Part shown: piece by piece, positions 9,601 through 18,795 of the stretch | How the letters are laid out: the number at the start of each line of letters is the position of its first letter | How positions within the stretch are numbered: the first letter of the stretch is position 1 | UHGV virus genome: UHGV-0203373 | Direction: 5' to 3' (one strand) | DNA: 40,366 bases | From: a virus | Translations under genes and position numbers: made by a program | Notes under the pieces: model-generated | Database searches by the model: none | The model's input: only the letters and a program-made list of their open reading frames with translations | What the model was told of the DNA's origin: nothing

Positions 9601-11161
9601 ACTTACAAGAACTCTTGGTGATGTTTTAGATAAGACACCAATTTTCCAAAGAGTTATGCGTTCAGATAAAGATATAATGCACTGGTTAACGCAGGTTATT
9701 ACTGGCATTGAAACGCAAAACCGTAAGATGGCAGCAACGGCATACCTTATAAGCGAAAATAATAATAAACCGCTTGCTTCTCGTTCTCGTGGAGAAATTG
9801 AACAAGTGTTAACTAATGCGGCAAAATTTTCAAGAGATATTAACTTCTCTGGTGGTAAAGCACAAAGAGCACAGATTTTTCAAAAGCTTGCAGGAAGTAA
9901 GATTACTCACGGCGGTGCTTTGCTCGGTATGACCTTGCAAAATTATGCAGCTAACCTCGGCGGTTTAATTGCAAATCAGCTTAAAAAGTCAATTCCCGGC
10001 TTAGAGTCTAAACACACTATAGCAAGTAAATCCTATAAGCAAAACTATGACCGTTTAGGATTTGCAAAAACTATGGCAATAATTACGATACTTGCTGGCA
10101 CGAGTGGTATACCCGGTTCAGATATAATTGACACTATTGCTAAAAAACTCCTTGGTGATGATTTTAATGCAAAAGAAATTATACCTAACCTTGGAGGTAA
10201 TGCAGTAGAAGCAGTGCTTGATTATCTTATCGATGACGAAACTGCCGACCCAGAATGGACAGAGCAAAAACGAAACATTAGAAATAAGTTTGTTGACGCT
10301 TTGCAATACGGTTTGCCGTCTTTAGGCGGAATAGTTTTCCAAAACTTAGGTTTATCGAGTATTGGTCCAGTCAATATTTTTGACAACCCGTCTTTGTGGG
10401 ATTTAACTGGTGCTGTTGGTCAAGTTGCTACTCGTAATTATAAGCTTCTACAAGGACTTGTTTCAGGTGATTCTAATCTGGTTAAGACAAATTTGCCCAC
10501 AGCCTTAAACCAATTAAGGAATTTCAGCACATTGGAAACAACTGGAACGGTGTATAATAAGAAGGGAGAACCGGTGTCGACGCCTGACGGCGGGAGTGGG
10601 GTAGGGAGGTCGCTGGCGGCACTCGTCAGTGGTAGCCCTCTGGAAGTCACGAAACGACGGGAAGCGGCGTGGAGACAAAAAGGTATCGAGAGGAAAGCCG
10701 CCGAAGGTCGCAGGCGGTTGTTGGGAGTCGCGGTGAGCGCGGTGGAAGACCCCGAGCGTCTCCAAGCAATCTACGAGCACGGTGTTAAGAAGGGCTTTAT
10801 TGTAGATGACCCGCTTAAGTTCAGCCTTGATGTTGGAGAAATACTTGCTAAAAGAGAAGGTGCTTATACGGATAAACCCTCCGCCTTGACCGCTGAGCGT
10901 GTTGCTGAGATTCAAAAGCGGTATGGTGTAGCACCGGCTTACGTTGGGCAGGTCCATAAATTAGAAAGGGCTATCGAAGTTGCCACCGCTTTGGCAGACC
11001 CGACAGCCCTAAACACTCTTATGGAGAGACTATTTAAGAGTGATTTTGAAAAAGATTATTGGACAGAACGCGGAGTTCCCGCCGACGTTATCGCAACGTT
11101 TAAGAAAGTGGGATTGCCACTCACTGAAGAAATTCTAAGTGGTTTTCTGTCTACGAAGTAG
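6686..11161 (+). CDS. Large internal virion / DNA ejection protein
   Basis: About 1490 aa helical protein with Gly/Ala-rich hydrophobic stretches. It is the last gene of the structural arm. The start is moved to ATG 6686, just after the upstream stop. Confidence 0.6.
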   Translation: MATIPVNYNQAYELKQKYFPDLSNEEAAEALSVASQNPADPDTKFDFSSLETASSLVRGRAAINRALTGGYQEYAAPLVSAALGEGAVGRVANRIGEGITSSIPEVAALVLTHGKDKGLISRMFGKAVAGVGAHSNVLAETGDPTSAMTAGLTMGVTPSIAGGLTRAFSKLPVVASSPTATNVLAGLATTALTSPADIALSPRASAHSSPLGDIRSYERVSPSDTEAMAERFNALTGEDLATIVGSSIVPDTIIGAQMARSRKAVKLDDAARQAIQSATAETKDFRKVLSDYGIPTPQGANEIDITNAYNRLITEGGASQLDIIKQLYQSVDQAKLSPAERAFKERLESNTLNADDIQFMGDQAKPIENPFIEQALKDFDRMVVDTDLTDYAPEKANKAAQAFGKVTRFLSNAHQATESIPAAREVIDTYAQQKPKADEAVSRALDYFGQGEEGGKSLKDSYNNLTRLVSEADLNPELNKKYSDTLYKLNEMLYKTETNPETGETIRHRLTMFDQLPTLSVEEIQKLAGLNRDQATFVKRIVSSPIENAKLDLNASSATAQMITAEQLRNAFPTIKDSASALRLSTELYKQARPEVLNAMRAEHVGGGNEPSKIAIQRLSDFIQNTVYSHVKNKSLIKGQADSLAAAIFYNEKALLKSYQYNSMFGYSSLSRKGEKYGLFYKDIQGNPYYESFKDKVALEARQKALKANKEINPESLEPIDKSQIDLSKYDHIADIQAKNFQDEIRTARAELRDYLIKNGNRVFDIDPDGILAELAQREDNFFKVAQSLVSKANLETRTSIARKMVKGATGSEIITNALEAAQRAARRSSYIADNAKIDYLMKDPMIKNNPEMLDFLEQKRRYMQDPNISEWAGIRAYATLYYLLGSGSYIAANLLQVPTLGMSVWRQATGRSIADFGSSLRKAITVVNDYDRPVSRKQSALDKELFPYLKALEERKVFDQHYTEDVESMRKLTRTLGDVLDKTPIFQRVMRSDKDIMHWLTQVITGIETQNRKMAATAYLISENNNKPLASRSRGEIEQVLTNAAKFSRDINFSGGKAQRAQIFQKLAGSKITHGGALLGMTLQNYAANLGGLIANQLKKSIPGLESKHTIASKSYKQNYDRLGFAKTMAIITILAGTSGIPGSDIIDTIAKKLLGDDFNAKEIIPNLGGNAVEAVLDYLIDDETADPEWTEQKRNIRNKFVDALQYGLPSLGGIVFQNLGLSSIGPVNIFDNPSLWDLTGAVGQVATRNYKLLQGLVSGDSNLVKTNLPTALNQLRNFSTLETTGTVYNKKGEPVSTPDGGSGVGRSLAALVSGSPLEVTKRREAAWRQKGIERKAAEGRRRLLGVAVSAVEDPERLQAIYEHGVKKGFIVDDPLKFSLDVGEILAKREGAYTDKPSALTAERVAEIQKRYGVAPAYVGQVHKLERAIEVATALADPTALNTLMERLFKSDFEKDYWTERGVPADVIATFKKVGLPLTEEILSGFLSTK

Positions 11162-12493
11162 CTTTCCTGCTTTCACGCTTTCAGCTTTATCTTGCTGACG
11201 TTTAATCAATTCTTGTGTTGCTTTACTACACAGCCTGTCAAGTTCAATGGGCTGTGTATTTATTTGTGCTCGCGGCGCAGTGCTCGGCTTATAGTTTAGC
11301 AACAGCTCAAAAAGATTTTCAGACGAAACATCTGCTCTTCCGCGCAAGGCGGTATATCTCATAGTGCTGACATTAACATCAATATGTTTCTTTGTAATCA
11401 AAGTGTCAACAAGCTCTTGTGTTTCTTGAAGAGTTAAATCTCTACCAAATTCTTCGGCAATTTCAGACAATAACCGCCCTTGCTTACCGCCTTCAGCAAT
11501 GAAATCATCTATGCGGTCTTCGTGGCTTTTCAATTCGTTTCTGCCCATACTCTTAAAAAGAGTCGGAAGCTTTCGTTCAAAATCATTGAACATTTTATTG
11601 ACAATCTCGAGCAACGCTTTATCAATCATTTTATCGAAGCGGAGAACCGCTGATAAACACATAGCTACTTTAAGCATAAGGACGTGCTTTGTTGTCCAGT
11701 AATGCTGAAGAAGAATATCTTTTGTTTCTGCTTCTTCTTGTATAGCTATATAAAGCTTTTCCCAATATTGGCGGGCATCTTCAGTAAAGTTAAATTGTCC
11801 ACACGTTTTCCTAACAATCTTAATATCTTGCTCAAGTTCTGTCCAAGCTTCAACTTGTTCCATACTGAGCGTAGGAAAAGGAACATATTTATTCCGCTTA
11901 TCTTCATAAATAAAAATCATTCGTCGAGCTAAACCTTCACTGATAATAGAAGCTTTCATTTTTTCAGTAAGCCAGTCAGTTGTGCAGCACGCTAACAAAG
12001 TTACGTAGGGCTGTTGAATCTTAATAGGGTCTCGATTTATAGTGCTATATTCATAAGTGGGTTCGTCCCATATAGCAGTAAGAATATCAATCATAGATTG
12101 ATTACGATGTTTCCCGCCTAAAAATTCTTGCAGTTCTGTAACGAAGGCGGAAACTTGATGAAAGTCGAGGTCTATATTATTTAGACTAAATTTACATTCA
12201 TTGTTCGCAAGAGCTTGAAGCAGTGCTTCTCGAGTCATTGAAGCTGGTGCAAGCGGAAAATTGTCAATGCCCCTTAAAAGGTTCTTGCCAATGTTCATAG
12301 CTGACGATTTTTTCATACCCGGTGACCCAACAAGAATAATATAAAGGTTCGGGTAAACTGTAAAAGTTCCTTGGGGTATATAACATTTACGTCCGAGCAA
12401 TGCTGAAAGGCAGCTCACCATTGTCCAGACGTGGTAGTTTGTAGGCGGTTCTGTTTCTTTTGTATAATCGTAATATTTCTTAATGAAGTCCAT
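11135..12493 (-). CDS. DUF3987-like AAA+ replicative helicase
   Basis: TEPPTNYHVW...YPNLYIILVGSPGMKKSS (Walker A), FVTELQEFL (Walker B-like), GLARRMIFI (Arg finger), followed by a winged-helix-like C-terminal region. Confidence 0.7.
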   Translation of the reverse strand: MDFIKKYYDYTKETEPPTNYHVWTMVSCLSALLGRKCYIPQGTFTVYPNLYIILVGSPGMKKSSAMNIGKNLLRGIDNFPLAPASMTREALLQALANNECKFSLNNIDLDFHQVSAFVTELQEFLGGKHRNQSMIDILTAIWDEPTYEYSTINRDPIKIQQPYVTLLACCTTDWLTEKMKASIISEGLARRMIFIYEDKRNKYVPFPTLSMEQVEAWTELEQDIKIVRKTCGQFNFTEDARQYWEKLYIAIQEEAETKDILLQHYWTTKHVLMLKVAMCLSAVLRFDKMIDKALLEIVNKMFNDFERKLPTLFKSMGRNELKSHEDRIDDFIAEGGKQGRLLSEIAEEFGRDLTLQETQELVDTLITKKHIDVNVSTMRYTALRGRADVSSENLFELLLNYKPSTAPRAQINTQPIELDRLCSKATQELIKRQQDKAESVKAGKLLRRQKTT

Positions 12494-12510
12494 AGTGAAG
12501 TCTCTCAATT

Positions 12511-12533
12511 CACTTTAATGATTATCGTTAAAG
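12511..12533 (-). promoter_or_regulatory. Fur-box-like dyad, copy 2
   Basis: The minus strand reads TTAACGATAATCATTAA (12515-12531) directly after the DUF4406 stop. The core is identical to copy 1. Confidence 0.65.
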
Positions 12534-12857
12534 TTATACTTCCAGCATAACAGTCTTGTCGAGGTCGATAGCGGTACTAAGTTCCTGCTTTGCACCGCGT
12601 GAGTTTTCCCAGCCTTTCAGCATATAAATGCAATCGCTCTGAGTTACCGCTTTCATAGTTGCTGCAAGCAATTCTTTGTAGGCGGGACTTCCATAAGGAA
12701 CTTCTCCGTGCTTTTCTAAGGCGGTTCTACCCATATTCGCGGGATTAACTACTCGATAGCCGAGACACTTTAAATACGATTCAGCGTTGTCAAAAGCTTC
12801 GAAATTATAGTTAGATTTACCAGTCATTGGACCAGCTATAAATACTGTCTCTTTCAT
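12534..12857 (-). CDS. DUF4406 / nucleoside 2-deoxyribosyltransferase-like protein
   Basis: VFIAGPMTG...NFEAFD.A...GYRVVNPA...DCIYMLKGWENSRGAKQE signature. Confidence 0.85.
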   Translation of the reverse strand: MKETVFIAGPMTGKSNYNFEAFDNAESYLKCLGYRVVNPANMGRTALEKHGEVPYGSPAYKELLAATMKAVTQSDCIYMLKGWENSRGAKQELSTAIDLDKTVMLEV

Positions 12858-13129
12858 TTATATTCCTTTAATAGTTTATTTATTTTCTTTACCAAAATTT
12901 TTCCAACATTCTGCGTCAAGCAGGTCTTTCTAATAAAGTCCAGTTCGTCTGCGTCAAATTGTTGAGAGCGTAGCTCATCTATGTAATTAAGCAAAGCCCC
13001 GCGTGTTGGTGAATAATAGCAACGCGGCGAATCATTCACAACATTGCAGTCAGAGCAAGAGCAAGTCTCACTGTTTAAGCAAGACTTGCATTCCATTTTT
13101 AAACCATAATTAGTTTTTCGAATTTTCAC
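12854..13129 (-). CDS. Hypothetical Cys-rich protein
   Basis: CKSC...CSCSDC...C. ATGA overlap with the downstream gene. The start is uncertain (possibly ATG 13096). Confidence 0.5.
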   Translation of the reverse strand: MKIRKTNYGLKMECKSCLNSETCSCSDCNVVNDSPRCYYSPTRGALLNYIDELRSQQFDADELDFIRKTCLTQNVGKILVKKINKLLKEYK

Positions 13130-13277
13130 GCTGTCTTTCCCAATTCGCTTTTGCGTCTTTAAGAACGTAATTCAGCCAGTTTGAAAACGGTCTGTCTTCT
13201 TCAGCCGCTCTCGCCTTTGCCCATTCTAGTAAATCTGTCTCAAGAGTCACGCTTACTTGTATTTTCTTATTTTTCAT
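13110..13277 (-). CDS. Ribbon-helix-helix (Arc/CopG-like) DNA-binding protein
   Basis: KIQVSVTLETDLLEWAKARAAEEDRPFSNWLNYVL shows the alternating beta strand, helix, turn, S-N helix pattern. Start at ATG 13277. Confidence 0.75.
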   Translation of the reverse strand: MKNKKIQVSVTLETDLLEWAKARAAEEDRPFSNWLNYVLKDAKANWERQRENSKN

Positions 13278-13789
13278 ATTTCTTCCTTTCTCGTATCTAT
13301 TGACCAAGTAAATTCGTTAGCATTCTGTAAAGGTTTAACACAAGAAAGGGCTTTCACATAAGTAAAAAATGTTCCTTTAGTGCCTTCCTCATTTTTTACT
13401 AAATAAGGTTTTGAAAAAGAACTTGGAGCAATATACAAAAGTTCTGGTGAATATACCCAACAAGATTCGTCTACGAAATGACTATCTGAAGCTAAACAAG
13501 GATAACCTACTTTAGGTTCTTTTGGAATTGTAAACAACTCTTTAGAAATCCAATCTATAACTTGATTATAGTAAGCATCACGCTGATTATTTAGTTGAAA
13601 AGTTTTTACACAAACCTCATCATCAAAGTCTTTATTTGCACCGCGTAGGCTAATGTAATTGTCATATAGACCGGGTTTAGAACCGCATACAACGTGTCTT
13701 GTCTGCTTAAAGTCTCCAACTTGGTCTAATATCTGCATTGCTACAGCACAGTGAAACCTAACTAATTGAATTATAAGTTCTTTTTTCAT
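13274..13789 (-). CDS. Hypothetical protein
   Basis: 171 aa ORF tightly packed in the operon. Confidence 0.6.
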   Translation of the reverse strand: MKKELIIQLVRFHCAVAMQILDQVGDFKQTRHVVCGSKPGLYDNYISLRGANKDFDDEVCVKTFQLNNQRDAYYNQVIDWISKELFTIPKEPKVGYPCLASDSHFVDESCWVYSPELLYIAPSSFSKPYLVKNEEGTKGTFFTYVKALSCVKPLQNANEFTWSIDTRKEEI

Positions 13790-13982
13790 TTTTCATCTCC
13801 ATTTCTAAGCTTAAGCGTCGTTTTACGTTCTTATTCCAAATTTCTATTGCCTCTTCTTTAGTCTCCTGAGAGCCTATTGAGGCTTTACACTTCGTGCAAA
13901 TAACAATCCACAAGGTTGCGTCGCAACCGTCAACAACGGCGTCACCGCCGCAGAATGGACACGTCTTTATTTTATCGCTCAC
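13758..13982 (-). CDS. Lar-family restriction alleviation protein
   Basis: KTCPFCGGDA...VICTKCKA...TKEEAIEIWN signature. Confidence 0.8.
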   Translation of the reverse strand: MSDKIKTCPFCGGDAVVDGCDATLWIVICTKCKASIGSQETKEEAIEIWNKNVKRRLSLEMEMKNEKRTYNSIS

Positions 13983-14473
13983 CTTTCGTCTCCATTGCCT
14001 TGAATTTGCCCTCTCGCAGCTCTGTCGTGTAGCTTTGCAAGGTTAATTTCCGCAACCTGTTCAAGCGTATAGTCAAAGTCGTTTACAAGGAAACAGAGCC
14101 AACGTAAAGTGTGCTCAAATGAGTCAGAATAAAATCGTGGAGAGTTTGCAAGATGAGTAGCCTGTACAGCTAAAAATGTTAAATGCTTTGTGGGGGAAGC
14201 TGTGTCAAAAAAAGGCCATAAAAAGCACTCTTTCAGTCGTTGCGTTGCCCCTTCATTTTTGCGATAATCCAGTAAATTGGCAACAAACCAGAGTATGTCG
14301 CCAAGCTCTTTGATAAATGCTTTCTCGTCCCACACACCGTCTCGCCTGCGTTTAGCGAGCTTTCCTGCCGCTTCGCCGACTTCCTCGATGAGTCCGAGAG
14401 TCAAGTATTCTTCGTTGTCTGCCGTCCCTACTCTATAAGAGACTGCCTCTTTTTGGTATTCTTCGAATGTCAT
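13979..14473 (-). CDS. MazG-like nucleotide pyrophosphohydrolase
   Basis: MTFEEYQKEA...LGLIEEVGEAAGK...KELGDILWFVA...NLAKLHDRAARGQIQGNGDER. Start at ATG 14473. Confidence 0.85.
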   Translation of the reverse strand: MTFEEYQKEAVSYRVGTADNEEYLTLGLIEEVGEAAGKLAKRRRDGVWDEKAFIKELGDILWFVANLLDYRKNEGATQRLKECFLWPFFDTASPTKHLTFLAVQATHLANSPRFYSDSFEHTLRWLCFLVNDFDYTLEQVAEINLAKLHDRAARGQIQGNGDER

Positions 14474-14474
14474 A

Positions 14475-14663
14475 TTAGTCCTTAAAATTAAATTCCAGTT
14501 GTTTCCCGCTTGCAAGCTCAGCTTTCCATTCTTTAATGTCTTGCTGAATACCTTCAATTATGTAAATGTTTATCTTCACGTCAGTTTTAAGACATTCATT
14601 TACATATTTTCTAATCTTTGCTTTACAAGCGGCTATTTCTTTTTCTATTTCTTTATCAGTCAT
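14475..14663 (-). CDS. Hypothetical coiled-coil protein
   Basis: Short charged helical ORF abutting mazG. The start is uncertain (14663 or 14723). Confidence 0.5.
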   Translation of the reverse strand: MTDKEIEKEIAACKAKIRKYVNECLKTDVKINIYIIEGIQQDIKEWKAELASGKQLEFNFKD

Positions 14664-14763
14664 AAATGTAAACCCGGTGTTCAATATGAGGGAGCACAAG
14701 TTAAGAACCTCGTTCGGACTCATCTTCCGACTCTATGCCCGTCCGCTCTCGCGAATATTACGG

Positions 14764-17112
14764 TTAATTATAAAGGTTAAAATCGTTAGTTAAATTACCC
14801 CAGCTTGTGCCATACTGAGCTTCAAATTCAATATTAAACTTAATACCCCAAACGGTAAGCGGAACATAGCAAAACTCTTTAAACAATTGTTCAACTACGT
14901 CAATTTCATCTTCCCGTATAAAGCCGTCAAGCTCATCGTGCACTTGATTGCAGAGCCTAAGTAAAAGGCGGTCTCCCCGCCTTGCACGTTTATCATAATA
15001 GAACCTACTGATTACGGTATTCGTGACAAACGCCGTGTGAACCTGTGGTAAATACGAACACATTTCTCTACAAGTTGTGTTATCCGCTCTACCAAAAAAT
15101 TCACGTATCTGCCCATTAGCCGCGGTAAGAACAGGATTAGAACACATAATACGATGAATAGCCGTATGATATACGCGATAATCATACCGCTCAAACAACA
15201 TCTGTTGGATTCGTTTACACTCCTGTGGGGAAACATATAATTCTCCTTCACTAATTCTTAGCATATTATCAGACATTCCATCAAAGCCGAGCATATATGC
15301 AGAGCCGTGATTCACCGCCTTCGTTATCTTATAATATTTTTTACCTTTAGGTTCTTTAAGTAAATGTTTGTTAGCAATAATCTCCGCTTGAGACATCTTG
15401 GTAAACGGCTTGCCAGTTAAAAGCTGAAGAGCTACTGTTTGAGCCGGCTTAATACGGTGAAGAACGTCGTCCATAAGTGTAGGGTGTCCAAGAGCTTTAA
15501 GACAAGCCGCCATTGTCACAGAGTCTGCACCCTCTAAGTCCGCCTTAAACCACACGTGACCCTCAGGCGGTATGAATAAATCTCGGAAATTCTTGTCGAC
15601 GTTCTGCGGTTGGACTCCCGGTTCGTGCGCGGGCTTGTATCCGCTCGCTCTCCCCACCTTCGTACCGCAACAGTTGAACGACCAGTGACACGTGCCTCCC
15701 GCGTCCACCTCGATGCCCTCCAACCCACTCATACGTTTGTGGAGCTTTCGGAGTTTCGACGCGACACGGAGGGCGGGAATCTCTGGGTGCTCACCGGCGA
15801 GCTTGTAAACACCGAGACTGTCAGCTGTCTCCTTTGCCGTCCTCGCCCCGAACTTGTCCTTCACCGCCTTGAGCTGTTGCGGGAGACCAAGGTCGCGATA
15901 CAACCAGTCTTTCATCTGCTTCGGCGACTTGACATTCAACGGCTTTCCTGCAAGCTCTGTTAGTTTTTCTGTTGTTTCTTCAATCTCTTGACGAAGTGTT
16001 GTCTTCATCTGGGTGAGCTTATCCATATTTATTTTACAGCCTTCAACTGACATATACTGATAAGCTCGACTAAGCCGTATATTAAATTGATAATGACGGT
16101 TCGCAAGCGGCTTCTCTGCAAGTTTGCTTTGTAAAGCTTTATAGCATTGATAACCAACAACGCAGTCTAAACCGTTATAACGAAACTCTTCCCAACGCGG
16201 AACTTTACCGCTTCGTGCTTCACTGAGCATACCTTTCCAATAAGAATTGTCAGTAAGCATACTACTCGCAAACGCAAGAGATTTATCCATAGACGGATAA
16301 AGCTCCCAAAAAGAAAACATTGTATCGTCAACTAACTTCGTTAATATACCATACTTTCTAAAAAGAACATATTGGTCAAAGTGGACTGCGTTATGCCCAC
16401 CACATCTACAAGTTTCAAGAACCTGCTTCATCTTCTGAAAGATTGCGAGTTCCTCTGCTGGAGACCATTTCCTTGATTCAAGTCCTTTTCGATAAGGAAC
16501 AAGCGGAATAACCAAAGCTTGTGTGTCACTGTAAGCAAAACCTATACAAGTTATTTTACCGGTCTTGAACAGTGTTTCTATATCGACATACAAGTAAGTC
16601 TTTTCTTCAATAAACTTATTGAACAAGGTCATTACCTCTGTAAAAGTCGGTGTAAAATTTATATCGTAGACTGGCTGTGTCCAACCTTGTTTTGCAAGGC
16701 GGTTCGCTTTTTTAAAGTCGTGTTCAACAAGAACATTCTGTGCATAAACTTTAAAAATATATGCAGGAGCATAAGTGCACAAAGCAAGGCGGCTTCCTTC
16801 TTTACAAGGAACGAAAGGTGCACCGCGTTCATCATCAAGTGCTACATCGGCTGTGCCTTTAAGGTATTGCAAAGACATTTTGCCCAACCCAATAATAAGG
16901 TCGGGCTTTTCGTCTTTTATCCAAGCGTCAACTTTCTCATTTTCAATAAGACCCTCGTCGTAGATTTTATCACTAAGGCGGAGCACTTCAGTATCGTCAA
17001 GATTAAAGCCAGCTCGACGAAGCCAACCGCACAAAAGGTTAGCGGCAGCTCCTTCGATAACTGTAGTCTGACCACTAAAGCTTTTCTTATCTATTAGAAC
17101 CAGAGTTTTCAT
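14764..17112 (-). CDS. Family A DNA polymerase with N-terminal uracil-DNA-glycosylase-like domain and 3'-5' exonuclease
   Basis: UDG-like KPDLIIGLG...RG...CTYAPAY. Exonuclease motifs VDIET, HNAVHFD, YNGLDC. Polymerase NVKSPKQM, motif A ADLEGAD, motif B KAVNHGSAY, motif C QVHDE. Confidence 0.9.
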   Translation of the reverse strand: MKTLVLIDKKSFSGQTTVIEGAAANLLCGWLRRAGFNLDDTEVLRLSDKIYDEGLIENEKVDAWIKDEKPDLIIGLGKMSLQYLKGTADVALDDERGAPFVPCKEGSRLALCTYAPAYIFKVYAQNVLVEHDFKKANRLAKQGWTQPVYDINFTPTFTEVMTLFNKFIEEKTYLYVDIETLFKTGKITCIGFAYSDTQALVIPLVPYRKGLESRKWSPAEELAIFQKMKQVLETCRCGGHNAVHFDQYVLFRKYGILTKLVDDTMFSFWELYPSMDKSLAFASSMLTDNSYWKGMLSEARSGKVPRWEEFRYNGLDCVVGYQCYKALQSKLAEKPLANRHYQFNIRLSRAYQYMSVEGCKINMDKLTQMKTTLRQEIEETTEKLTELAGKPLNVKSPKQMKDWLYRDLGLPQQLKAVKDKFGARTAKETADSLGVYKLAGEHPEIPALRVASKLRKLHKRMSGLEGIEVDAGGTCHWSFNCCGTKVGRASGYKPAHEPGVQPQNVDKNFRDLFIPPEGHVWFKADLEGADSVTMAACLKALGHPTLMDDVLHRIKPAQTVALQLLTGKPFTKMSQAEIIANKHLLKEPKGKKYYKITKAVNHGSAYMLGFDGMSDNMLRISEGELYVSPQECKRIQQMLFERYDYRVYHTAIHRIMCSNPVLTAANGQIREFFGRADNTTCREMCSYLPQVHTAFVTNTVISRFYYDKRARRGDRLLLRLCNQVHDELDGFIREDEIDVVEQLFKEFCYVPLTVWGIKFNIEFEAQYGTSWGNLTNDFNLYN

Positions 17113-17335
17113 TTTCTAAAAATGTTTTTATTTTACGGTAAGCAGCTACTAAATATTTAGTGTCAAGCAATTCAAGCTGAACAGGATTATAGACAGTTTT
17201 ATTGTAGGCGGTTTTGTAAACACTATAAGCCGCTTCTATCTGTCGTGTCTTCCTATTATAGACATAGAGATATGTTTCATTCTCTATAATCAAAACTTGT
17301 AAAGTTTCACCATCATTAGTAACTCGTGTTATCAT
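17087..17335 (-). CDS. Hypothetical protein
   Basis: 82 aa, overlaps both neighbours. Confidence 0.55.
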   Translation of the reverse strand: MITRVTNDGETLQVLIIENETYLYVYNRKTRQIEAAYSVYKTAYNKTVYNPVQLELLDTKYLVAAYRKIKTFLENENSGSNR

Positions 17336-18744
17336 ACATTTAATTCTTTATATAACCAGTTTATACCATTTTGTATATGCTTACCATCAATTTCAATACC
17401 AAGCGGAACTCTTTCGTTTTGATAAAAACTTTTAAGAGCACTTCCACAACCTGCAAACGGGTCAAGAAGAACTTGTCCTTTAAAGCTTACAGAGTTTACC
17501 AAGTAATCCCAAATGGCTTTTGGCTTTCCAAATGGGTGGTCGGCTACTGCTTTTACATTGTCCGCAAGTATCCAGTTAACACTCTGCTTTTTAGCAAGCA
17601 CCGCTTTAGAGGAAGCTCGCATAATCATACAAACTTCCGTCGCCTTTGTAATATTATATTGAGCTGCTTGGTTCATACAAGATGAAGTTTTACACCAAAC
17701 AAGAGGCCATCTACAGACTTGCCAGCCTGCTTTAGTTGCCCAATCAATAATCTTTTCGTGATGGTCAAGGTCATACCACATACAAAGGAAAGAATAGTCC
17801 TTGCAACACTGACGAGCCGCGTCCAGAAACTTCGGCAACAACTCAAGATTGTCTGCAACACGGTGTGTATCCTTAACGCTCTCAACGCTTTCTGCTCGAA
17901 GGAAGTTTTCCATTGAGATACCGTAAGGCGGGTCAGTTATAATATGGTCAAATTGACCAGCAAGAGAACTAAGCACCTCAAGGCAATCACCCTGCATATA
18001 AAAATCTTTCACCGCGTCACGAGAAATAATTTCGCAGTGCGAAACAGGCTCATCAGAATTGTCAACGAAGTTAATACCTGCAAGCGGAGTTATTGATTTT
18101 TCTATATGCGGCGTAGTCGAAACCAAAGCCGAAGCTTTCTTCTTCGTTAGCTTTGCTACTTCTTGTAATTTTTGCTGAACAACTTTCCGCCTTTCTTTTA
18201 AAAGAAATTGAATCGCCTCTGTAATACTTTCACACTGCCAAATAGGGTCTTTCTTGTTTTCAAGTCGCTTTGCAACTCGAAGCAGTGCTCCTGTATGTGC
18301 TTGTTTAAGACCAAAAAGATTAGCGGTTTGTTCTTGTGTCCACTTACCTGTGCCGTGGATAGCAGGTGCAAGGCGGTGATAAAGAGCTATACCTTGTGCT
18401 CGTTCTTGCCAAGTCATAGCTTTACGTTTTACATTCTCTTCGATTTCAAGCAACTTGCGTTGAGCCGTGCTGAGCGTTTCACCTTCACCAAGAATACCGC
18501 GTTGACGAGCATCTTCCTCATACAAAGTATAAGGAATCATTTCGAATGACTTATCCTGCTGAGCAAGCAATTTAAAAGCTGCAAGGCGGTGACCTCCTGC
18601 AATAAGAACTTTGTCTTCTGAAAGGGTTATCGGGTGAATAAGTCCTTCCGACTTAATAGAGGCGGCTAATGCTTCTACGTCTTCAGCTTTACATTGACGA
18701 ATACGCTCGTCTACTTTAATTTCGTTAATGTTTATATATTTCAT
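17332..18744 (-). CDS. ParB N-terminal domain fused to an N4/N6 DNA methyltransferase (beta-class motif order)
   Basis: LAASIKSEGLIHPI...LIAGGHRLAA...EIEENVKRK (ParB) plus an HTH-like TQEQTA segment. MTase motifs GDCLE, ITDPPYG, HPFGKP, LDPFAGCGS. Confidence 0.9.
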   Translation of the reverse strand: MKYININEIKVDERIRQCKAEDVEALAASIKSEGLIHPITLSEDKVLIAGGHRLAAFKLLAQQDKSFEMIPYTLYEEDARQRGILGEGETLSTAQRKLLEIEENVKRKAMTWQERAQGIALYHRLAPAIHGTGKWTQEQTANLFGLKQAHTGALLRVAKRLENKKDPIWQCESITEAIQFLLKERRKVVQQKLQEVAKLTKKKASALVSTTPHIEKSITPLAGINFVDNSDEPVSHCEIISRDAVKDFYMQGDCLEVLSSLAGQFDHIITDPPYGISMENFLRAESVESVKDTHRVADNLELLPKFLDAARQCCKDYSFLCMWYDLDHHEKIIDWATKAGWQVCRWPLVWCKTSSCMNQAAQYNITKATEVCMIMRASSKAVLAKKQSVNWILADNVKAVADHPFGKPKAIWDYLVNSVSFKGQVLLDPFAGCGSALKSFYQNERVPLGIEIDGKHIQNGINWLYKELNV

Positions 18745-18795
18745 ACTAAGAGAACCGCCCTGCCATTTAGGCAGGAACGGTCATTGAGGTTGTGG

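Noticed and set aside
14664..14763. Possible structured RNA or hammerhead-like GATGAGTCCGAA downstream of the polymerase
   Set aside because: It lacks the CUGAUGA and GAAA core. Only short hairpins are present, and the stretch may be coding.
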